Below, one piece after another: positions 53,741 to 64,000 of a stretch of 64,000 nucleotides of DNA. How positions within the stretch are numbered: the first letter of the stretch is position 1; the number at the start of each line of letters is the position of its first letter. The notes under the pieces are model-generated. The model had not been told where the DNA came from and made no database searches. It was given only the letters and a program-made list of their open reading frames with translations. Both the position numbers and the translations under genes were made by a program. The stretch is from Octopus vulgaris (taxonomy: Eukaryota), in assembly GCA_951406725.2 (NCBI GenBank), contig OX597816.1:115444001-115508000 (forward strand), read 5' to 3'.

Positions 53741-54971
53741 CCACCTACATACATATGCATATATATACATACATACATATATCCATATATATATATATAT
53801 ATATAAAATAAACACACATACATATATCAATTATATCTATTTATATTTTATTTATATTATTATATGATTGAATGCCACACATCCATTTCCAAGTAAGTTT
53901 ATCTTAATAATTTTGATGCAACTCTACTCTGTACTGTTCTCTCTCTTCCTTTCTCTAATTCTTTTTTCTCCCTTTCTCTCCCTGTTGTTTTTCCTCTCTC
54001 ATCCTTTCTCTAATACCTTTCTTCCCCCTTCACCATTTTCCATCTGTCTCTCTCTCTCCCTCTTTCACCTTTGCTCTTTCTCGTTGCTCCCACATGACCA
54101 TCGTCTATCTTTCTTTTCCTCACATGATCATCTTTCTTTTCTTTCAGTCTGTCTTACAGACCAGATACATTCTTATCTGTCTCCTCTTTATCTTTTCTCT
54201 TGTCAAAGATAGTATTCCTCCAGTGCTCATTACCTTAACTCATCTGGCCTAACGATCCTCCATGCTTGTCTTTGTTTGGTTTCCTTGTATGTCTCCACTA
54301 TCCTGTTTTTGTTACCAACTTTGACCCTCCACAAATCCCACATTTTATTTTGGTTCACAAGAGCAACTGCCTTTCAAGGCCTCATATTGTTGTTAATTGC
54401 TTGAAATGAGGAGTAGATGGACAGCCAATAACTGATGAAGGGTCGTTCTTTATGTTACTTGTCTTGTTTTCCATTTGTTTCCCTTATTGTTCACATACCC
54501 AAGTTTGTCTTTACATTTCATATTGTTTACATTTTGTGATGTCATGTACCCATATATGCATATACATATATACACATATATGTATGTATTTACATATATG
54601 TATGTATATATGTATATATATATTTTTTTATTTATATTATGATTGAATACCACGCATCCATTTATCTATCTATCTATCTATCAATCTTTCGCTCTCTCTC
54701 TACACATATATATATATATATAGAAATACATACACACACATATACACACAAGCACACACACATTGCTGATATTTATAGAAACGTCATCATCATAATCATC
54801 ATGGTTATTTTGATGCAGTTACTGTTATTATTGTAATTGTTGTTACTTCACGGAGATATCCACCATTGTCTTGGATGCTACGGCTTCTTCTGATGCCTGT
54901 TGCCATTTCTAATATCGCTGCTGTTATTAGTTTCCTTGATATGTTTGTTCTGCATCACAACAACATCAACA

Positions 54972-55021
<50 letters not shown>

Positions 55022-55445
55022 GACATTGTTTTTGCTGGTGGTTGGTGATGGTTATTGTGTTGGATACTTTTGTTGATTGTGTTGTTATTGTTGCTGTGTT
55101 CAGTGATTCTTTTGTTGTACTAATCTTGTTATTGTTTTTATTACATCTTTTTCTTTGTTGCTAAATCTGTTGTGTTTTTCATCTTGCATGTCAATGCTAT
55201 TGTCATTCCTTAATGTTTTTTTTTCTCTGCATGTTGTTACTGTTGGCTGCTGCTGCTGCTATAATTGTTTTTATCGTGGTTGCTGCTGTTGTTGCTGCTG
55301 TTCCGTTAGTTGTTGTTTCATATATTCATGTATTTTGCTCCTTCTGTTGTGTATGCTGCTGTGATGCTCAATGTTATATCATCACTTTTAACCTTATCAT
55401 CGTCATTATATTATTATTATTATTATTATTATTATTATCATCATC

Positions 55446-55477
<32 letters not shown>

Positions 55478-56033
55478 CTTCATTGAATGAGAGAGCAGTG
55501 CATGCCAACTAAATGACTCTGGGGTGCAAAAATATGAAACCCAACATACCCATCACGACTACCTGTCTGATAAGGGTACACCAGGCACATGCATCACAAC
55601 CATATGTGTGCAACATGGTGATCTCATACCAAGATAAACACCACATGACCTTGCAGGTGGGACCCAATTAGAATTTTCTTCAGGTTGAGTAGCCCATCTT
55701 GCTCAAAAGGTCCTTGAATAAGGGTTGTTTAAGGATGTTGAACAAAATACCCATGTTTCCAGGGATGAATTTTTCAAATCCCAAAGAATCCCTCTCAACA
55801 CATGGCTATGATGCTCCCCCACTACTCCTGCTTATGATCAGAGATGCACATGTTGTCAGCCACCAAGAGACATTGCTCAGCTGGTTAAGGTCTAACAGCT
55901 GACAAACAGATTTGCATTATTAAGAAAAATATTTGCTGTTGCCCATCTTTTACATCAAGACCTAACATGTACATGATAACACTTCCAATCAGGTAAGATC
56001 AGAAACCATGAGAGCCACTGCCTGGTACTGCAT
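55478..56033 (-). mobile_element. ~550-bp retroposon-like repeat with (TAA)n tail
   Basis: Discrete GC-richer block abutting a (TTA/TCA)n tract. Resembles a common octopus repeat from memory; class uncertain. Confidence 0.5.
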
Positions 56034-56454
56034 CGTTCTGAATTTGTTTTAATATCTTTATTTTTGGAAGAGCTGTTTCATTTTCTTAATATTTTACACA
56101 AACTGTCAAGCTTAGCCCAGATACTCTGTATATATTATGGTCGCAAAGAGTGTGCAAACAAGTATTCATATATCATTTGTTGTAAAATTTATATAAATAT
56201 GAAAAATAGTTTAAAGTCATTAGTCAAATTAAAGTTATATTGAAATATTACTATTATTATTACCATCAATAATGTTTGGTATGATAATAAAAGACATCAG
56301 AAAAATATGAATATTTCTTACAATTAAAAATAAAAAGTAACTCTCTTATAAAGTATAGAAAATTTCAGATGGAAGAAAGCATATTAGATGCACAAATACT
56401 ATCTTAAGCAACACTGGGATACCAAAGGCATATTTGTATAAAGTATTATGTATA

Positions 56455-56800
56455 CCTTTTATGTGTTTTAGTCATTAGATTGCAGCCATGCTGGGGCACT
56501 GTCTTGAATTCTTAGCTGAAGGAATCGACCCCAGTACTTAATTTTTGTTAAGCTTGATACTTATTGTATTGGTCTCATTTGCTGAACCACTAAATTACAA
56601 GGACATAAACACACCAAATGGTGGGGGTTCATGGTGTGGGGGAGCAAACACAGATACTTACATACATACATACATATATATATATGCAATAGGCATCTTT
56701 CAGTTTCCATCAACCAAATACACTCACAAGGTTTTGGTCAGCCCCAAAGCTGTAGAGGAAGACACTTGCCCAAGGTGCCATGCAGTGAGACTGAACCACA
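56455..56800 (-). mobile_element. SINE family B, decayed
   Basis: gcagccatgctggggcact...gctgaaccactaa...gaagacacttgcccaaggtgcc. Confidence 0.82.
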
Positions 56801-57579
56801 CTTGTTCATATTTTATATATGTTTGTGGTGTAATGCAGGCGGTGCATATGAATATATATTTATACAACTTTTTTTTAAGCATTTACACTTAAACTATTGC
56901 TACTTTGAACCTAGTTCTCATCATTGCATCTATAAAGAGCATGATGGCCATGTACTACTATTTTTAATTGTCTTGTAATTTTTTTGATACTTATAAATTT
57001 CTTACAGAAGCCTTGATGAGATCTTTCTAGAATATTCATGTGAATAGTTACTGGCATGGTTATGAGCTAAAACAAGCCCCTTTTAATTTTAGCTGTAATT
57101 TAATTTTATATATTTCTGCAAAACTCCTTGAGTGTCTAAGTTGCCTGAAATTTTACATAATTATGCACACATTTTGTGCCTGTTGTGATCCATTTTCTGT
57201 ACTTATAATTAGTAGATATACATTATCCTTTTAGTATGCCAGTCTTGGCATCATTTGTTATTTTCTAAAGTATTGTGTGTTACTATTAAAAAAAGTAAGT
57301 GTCCCTGTTATAAAGTAAAGAGAAAGTCAAGGAAAAGAAAAGATCAGAAATATTCAGAATACTTCTGAGTATTATGCTACTTGGAATAGTGTAATCTTTG
57401 CATTCTGAATCAACATCTACTTATGTATTATAAAAGGATTCTAAAGTACTATTGTTATAAAATATCATAAGATAGTAAATGCATGATTACTTACATATAG
57501 ACAATAAGAGAAAATTGTATGTGTAAACATATCACTTCAGTGTCAACTAAAATGCACTGTGTGTGTGTGTGTGTGTGTG

Positions 57580-57618
<39 letters not shown>

Positions 57619-57921
57619 ATATGTGTGTAAATATGTATGTGTCTATATGAATATATTGTTATACCTTGGGATGGCCATTATGCCAATAACAAGCACACAC
57701 ACTGGTTCTATTTTACTTCAGCTTAGAGATTTAGTTAGCCATTTAACTAACTAACTATTCGTTTGTTTCATTAATTGTTCACTCAGTCAATCCAACTGCA
57801 AAATTTGTCAAAGTCTAAAGTCTACTTGTAAACCTGGAGTAGAGAGTGCATGTCATTGATTAGGTCACAAATGGTGAGTAAAGGACTTGATATATATGTA
57901 TATATATATATATATATATAT

Positions 57922-58208
57922 CAAAATCAAATGGAAATTGTAGTTGTGATACCTGTGCTGGTGGCACGTAAAAAGCACCATCCAAATGTGGCCGATGCCA
58001 GTGCTGCCTTGACTGGCTTCCATGCCGGTGGCACATAAAAAGCACCCACTACACTCACAAAGTGGTTGGCGTTAGGAAGGGCATCCAGCTGTAGAAACAC
58101 TGCCAGATCTGACTGGAGTCTGGTGCAGCCTCCTGGCTTCCCAGACCTTGGTCGAACTGTCCAATCCATGCTAGCATGGAAAATGAATGTTAAATGATGA
58201 TGATGATG
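57922..58208 (+). mobile_element. RTE 3'UTR copy
   Basis: tcaatggaaattg-like start, two gtgc(c/t)ggtggcac(g/a)taaaaagcacc modules, ccatgctagcatgg, (gat)n. Confidence 0.9.
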
Positions 58209-59273
58209 TATATAGCCAGCTATATGCAAAAAAAGAAAAATTCAATTGTCACTGATTGTGAGTGACAGTGCAGGGTAGCACTTACATTGTTAGAAATAAG
58301 AACTAAAGGCCCTCACAGTCACAAAGAAGGACATGTCTATGTACTGACAGGGAAGATAACTGCCCCACAGTGAGCGTGATCATCCTGTTATACATAGATA
58401 TATGTTTCTTTACGGCTGTAAGGGCTATATATATATATATATATATATATAATATGTTTGTGTGTGTGTGTGAGAGAGAGAGAGAGCATGTGTCTGTTAG
58501 TGCCTCTTGGTCTTAATTTCATGTGATTGCTGTGAATAAGTATTATTCATTTGTAATATTCTACCTAAACATGTTCGGCTAAGGGTCAATATTACCTTAC
58601 TTGGAAACAAAGGTTGGCATAGGAAGTGTATTTGGCCTTAGAAAAGTCTGCCTCTATAAACAGAATGAAACTGATGTAAGCATGGGAAAGTGCATATTGG
58701 TATGGAACAGTTGTTCGTGACCCAACATATAATTCCAAAATCAAGTCTTTTACCATGTGCAACTCAGGAAAACATGCACACACACACACACACAAAACAA
58801 ACAAACACATGCACTCACATGCACACATATACTCATATACACATACACACATATACATACTCATATATATATATATGCATACATGCATATAGATAATCAT
58901 TCAATTATAGCTATATGATAAGAAGTTTATAAATTAATGAATAATGAAATAGAAGAAGCCAAAAAAAAAAAGCAAATGAATTGTAGAACGTGCTGAGACA
59001 GTAGACAAAGCCTGGAATGATGAAAGTTTGGTGCAGCGATATAAGAAAATAGTTCATAAAAGATTTAAAAACGGAAATCTTTATAAAACATATGAAGAAT
59101 ATTGAAATTTGCTTGTGTATATTATTTGGTATGTTCAAATTCAAAGTTTAGACATTCATAATTTATTTAATGGAATTCTATTGGGAAATCAGCACCAGCA
59201 GCACCAACAGCAATGACAACCAATGAAACAGCACCAACCAATTCCCAACTCTCACCTAGAACAGCATCAGAAT

Positions 59274-59312
<39 letters not shown>

Positions 59313-59366
59313 AATAATAATAATAATAATAATGATAATAATAATAATATTAAAATAAATAATAAT

Positions 59367-59588
59367 ATATTTCTTTACTACCCACAAGGGGCTAAACATA
59401 GAGGGGACAAACAAGGACTGACAAAGAGATTAAGTTGATTATATCAACCCCAGTGCATAACTGGTACTTAATTTATCAACCCCGAAAGGATGAAAGGCAA
59501 AGTGAACCTCGGCAGAATTTGAACTCAGAACGTAGCGGCAGATGAAATACAGCTAAGCATTTTGCCCGGCGTGCTAACATTTCTGCCA
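59367..59588 (-). mobile_element. SINE family A, type-1 tail, CpG-decayed
   Basis: Co-linear with 8281-8500, with several CG to CA/TG changes. Confidence 0.9.
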
Positions 59589-60134
59589 ATAATTATGATG
59601 ATGATAATGATAATGATGATGATAAAGATAATGATGTCAACTGGTATCTGTGACTTTATCTAAGCCCCTACCAAAAGAACATCATAATATTAAGAAACAG
59701 AGAGAGAGAGAGAGAGAGAGAGGTGGGGAAGAAAAGAGGAGAAAGAAAGCAATAATAACAATTCCAATTACAAGAACAAGAACAGTGATATTCTCAATGC
59801 AAAGCATAACCATTTCATTCTTCATCATTTAACTACTACAACAGCGTAGTTGAACTACAGTAATAATTTTAACAACAACACTATACTTATCAATAGCAGT
59901 TGCAGGAAATTGTAAACAAGTCCAATAACAAACTGCAGTTACAGAACAATAATTTCACCATCACCTAAAATTGTCAGTGACAGCAATATGAAAGTTCTAT
60001 GAAATTGAAATTTATCAACTTACATTGATGGATCTAACTAATCAATTATTCATTCAAAATGAATTTGCTTTTTGTTAATTTATTGGACTTGTTCTTCATT
60101 TTAGGTATTTATTTATTTTTGCATCATAGAGTAC

Positions 60135-60537
60135 TCTTTTACTCTTTTACTTTTTTCAGTCATTTGACTGCAGCCATGCTGGAGCACTGCCTTTAGTCAA
60201 ACAAATCAACCTCAGGACTTATTCTTTGGAAGCCTAGTACTTATTCTATTGATCTCTTTTGCTGAACCACTAAGTTATGGAGATGTAAACATACCAGCAT
60301 CAGTTGTCAAGCGATGTTGGGGGACAAACACAGACACACAAACATATACGCACACACATACACATACATATATACATATATACGATGGGCTTCTTCAGTT
60401 TCCGTCTACCAAATCCCCTCACAAGGCTTTAGTTGGCCTGAGGCTATAGTAGATAACACTTGCCCAAGGTGCCACGCAGTGGGAATGAACCCAGAACCAT
60501 GTGGCTGGTAAGTGAGCTACTTACCACACAGCCATTC
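60135..60537 (-). mobile_element. Full-length SINE family B
   Basis: Reverse complement of 28054-28463. Confidence 0.9.
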
Positions 60538-61099
60538 TTGAGTAGTTAATTTACAGTTAATGATACTAATAATAATAATGTTTTCTTTATTGGCTACAAG
60601 GGCCGAACCCTAAAACAAAGAAGGATGATACAAAACAAGGGACAAGTGTGGCTCAGCACAAAAACATGTGTATACAGTAATAAAATAATAATAATTGACA
60701 TAAAAATTTAAACAATAAAACACCCCCTAAAGTGGTGGGGGTAGTGCATACAGAATGGTTTTATCACCCTGTGCATATTTCAGATATGTTTGTGTGACAG
60801 CACTTCCATGCTTGAAGAGCTCATCTTGACCTGGCAGAGTTCTCCAGTAATACTCTCAGAGATTTCTGACAATTATTCATTGGTCCTGGCATAAAACTCT
60901 GGAAAAGACCAGCTAATTGATCTCCCTTGATGCCCAGATATTCTGCAAGGACATCGTCTCTCTCTTACCCATCACTAATCTCCAAAAAGAAATTTTCACT
61001 GACCACATTGACCAACTAGCTGAGGGCTGTAAGCACTTACCAACACTCCAGGTGCTATTATTATTATTGTTGTTGTTATATGGATCAGTGGCTGTACCG

Positions 61100-61815
61100 C
61101 TTAAGAAATTTATTGAGTATTAGTGGTGGGGAAGTGCATCAACGTTCTGAAGGAGTCTCTGGGCACCAGCAAGAACAAACTGGCCAGTCTGTTCCAGAGG
61201 ACTTTCCAGTTGGGAACTATCATGGATAATTTCTAGATGTCTTTGGCCTGCCAGTGCTACTGGTGGGGGTGCTACCAGTTCGAGATAAACTCTGTCAGAT
61301 AGGCTTGTCCAAGATGTGTGCAGAGTGGTGAAACCACTCTGCACACCCTCGTTCTGTGTCCAGGCATTGCTGACTTGTGGGGTTATGTCGAACAGCTGCT
61401 GTCCCAATTGGGACGGGTCCGTCTATAGGCCAAGTCTGTAGTGATGATTGCACTGCTACTGTCCTTCAATCAGGCAGGCAAGGTAGTTTTCCTTTGCCAG
61501 GTGGCTGTGGCAAAAGAGGTTGTTTGGTGGACAAAACTGAAAGGCATGAGGACAGATAAATTCCTCTTTGGTAGAGCTCTCATTTACTTCTTTAAGTTTC
61601 ACTTGAAAATGAAATTGAGAGTGGAGAAGGTCCTCAGGTGAATTTATTGAAAGGTAGGTGGAAGTTGCAAAAATGGCGAGTGTGGATGGTACCTCTCTAA
61701 GTTTAGACTGGTAAGTCAGAGAGAAGGACTTGGAGAGGGCACCTGCTCTTGGGTATTGAGGGATATCTCGGATAGTGGTGTTCCTTGATTATCTCTAGAG
61801 GCCTTCCTGTATCAG
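61100..61815 (+). pseudogene. Decayed L1/Tx1-type LINE C-terminal fragment (zf-RVT) plus 3'UTR
   Basis: Plus-strand translation across frameshifts gives ...GVLPVRDKL...CPRCVQSGETTLHTLVLCPGIADLWGYVEQLLS, a CxxC-x8-H-x4-C knuckle. Confidence 0.75.
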
Positions 61816-62212
61816 GAGAAACATAAATCTATTATCCTCTTCACTACATTTTTTCTAAACCTTTGTATTCTATGCATGTGTCCCTTCTTTTTCAGTGTAT
61901 GCCCTGTATACTTAATTTCTTTCCTTCCATTTTTTAATATTATTTCATATATACTATATTTTGGGTTCTTTTTACCCCTTCATCAGTGCACATCTAATCT
62001 ATTTAACATCCTCAACCACATTGCTTTAATATCCACTATACCTAGAGGTGGCTGTAGTTTTTGTAGATTATCTACAGAGATAACTTTAATAAATGATGTA
62101 GAAAGAGCACTGCTTAAGCAGTAGAATGTGCTATTGATTTATGAAAACGTTTAATATACTTTATAGTATATTTGTGTTGCAAAACGAAATACCACGTACC
62201 TACAAGTCATTA

Positions 62213-62279
<67 letters not shown>

Positions 62280-62317
62280 CACACACATATATATATATAT
62301 ATATATACATAAACACT

Positions 62318-62525
62318 ATTACTTGTTTCAGTCATTTGGCTGTGGCCATGCTGGAGCACCGCCTTTAGTTGAACAAATCAACACCAGGACTTGTTCTTTG
62401 TAAGCCTAGTACTTATTCTATCTTTATTTTTTGCTGAACTGCTAAGTTATAGGGACGTAAACACAACAACTTCGGTTGTCAAGCTATGGTCGTTGGGATG
62501 ACAAACACGGGCACAGAAAAATATG

Positions 62526-62561
<36 letters not shown>

Positions 62562-62730
62562 TTTATACAATGGGTTTCTTTCAGTTTCTACCTGCCAAAT
62601 CCACTCACAAGGCTTTGGTCAGCCCAAAGCTATACTAGAAGACACCTGTCCAAGGTGCAATGCAGTGGGACTGAACCCGGAACCATGTGGTTGGTAAGCA
62701 AGCTACTTACCTCACAGCTGGTCCTGTGCC
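62318..62730 (-). mobile_element. Full-length SINE family B
   Basis: Reverse complement of 28054-28463 and 50411-50822. Confidence 0.9.
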
Positions 62731-62770
62731 TATATATATAAAGATGTATGTGTGTGTGTGTGTATGCATA

Positions 62771-62955
62771 TCATCATCACCATTGTCCCCATCATTCAAT
62801 GTCCATTTTCCACGTTGACATGGGCTGGATAGTCTTACAGGAGCTGGTGAACCAAGCGACTGCTTCAAGCTCCAATGTTTGCTTAGGCATAGTTTCTGCT
62901 TAATTTCAACCACTTTACAGAGTGCACTTAGTGCTTTTTTATGTGGCACTAGCAC
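62771..62955 (-). mobile_element. Old RTE 3' tail copy
   Basis: catcat...gtccattttccacgttgacatgggctgga...gtgcttttttatgtggcactagcac. Confidence 0.65.
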
Positions 62956-63068
62956 TGATGAGGTCAAGTAATTTCCAAGACAAAACAGCTCAACTATGTG
63001 GATTCTCCTGGGCAGTCAAGAAAATCTGTTTCTTCTTAGGGTTTGTTTCATCTTCATATCTGCCACAG

Positions 63069-63114
<46 letters not shown>

Positions 63115-63813
63115 ATGCACACATACATCCAATGCTTGGATGAGAACCACTGATCTAAAACAATGATTGATGCTTGGAGGATTTACAGTGGAAAGTGGGA
63201 TGCTTAACAGCTAGAAATATATATAATGTTTAGCAAGATGATTAGAGAAATTTATTTCTATAGTCTCTTTTACAGGAAAATGAGGGTTGATATCCACAAA
63301 GATATATTTTACTATAATATTGTTCTAGCTGTGACATAGAAACAGCTGTGTAAAGTTAATATAGTTTTTGGTCAATCTAGCATCATTTAAGGGCTTTCTT
63401 TTTTTATTAGTTAGATCAAAGAACGAAAAGAACTTATTATAAATTTGCAGATCTTCACATGCTGGTGAATGGCAAAAAATTCTTCTTCTCCCTTTTTCTG
63501 CTTGTGAAAACCTATCAACTGACCAGCAGATTTAGTTGGACTCTGCTGGGACTCTTTGCCACACAACTTTGCTTGCACCTAGATAACAGCTATGTCTACA
63601 GCACTATAATTCTTAAGTGGTCACCCATCCAAGTGATAACCAGGCTCAGTATTTCTTATTTTTGGTGAGTGAGGAAAAACGAATGCATTCAATGTGTTAT
63701 AGATATATGCCATATATGTATACATACATACATATATGTGTGTACATTAATCGATTAATTTATCTATATATGCACACATATATCACACACACATATATAT
63801 ATCTATATATGCA

Positions 63814-63861
<48 letters not shown>

Positions 63862-64000
63862 GATATACATACATAGACATACACACAGTTGTATATTGAT
63901 ATACAACCCTTTAACTTTTATATAACTCCAGACGCATACATATTTCTTGTATGCAATTGCATCCACACACACCACACACACACACTCACAACTTTAAAAA

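Overview
AT-rich eukaryotic non-coding DNA, very dense in microsatellites. The repeat families look like Octopus (coleoid cephalopod); this is recognition from memory, not a database match. The window is probably intronic or intergenic, with no confidently identifiable host gene and one weak exon candidate near 1.7 kb. Almost all listed short ORFs are microsatellite or SINE read-throughs. Supported content: (1) a young, 5'-truncated RTE-type LINE (37.16-40.57 kb) with an uninterrupted APE-RT ORF, a PHD finger inserted inside the RT, and unusual inverted flanks; (2) a decayed Neptune-type Penelope-like element (RT + GIY-YIG, 42.4-44.6 kb, minus) and an inverted fragment of its terminal repeat at 22.4-22.8 kb; (3) fragments of RTE, L1/Tx1 and RLE-type LINEs; (4) many tRNA-derived SINEs of three or more families; (5) two hAT MITEs with perfect 8-bp TSDs and a 155-bp-arm foldback. 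The most notable unannotated signal is a set of minimal type-I hammerhead ribozyme motifs with palindromic helix III. Six have a canonical CUGANGA core, from five unrelated short repeat contexts. The Penelope terminal repeat also carries a putative U3:A8 core variant.
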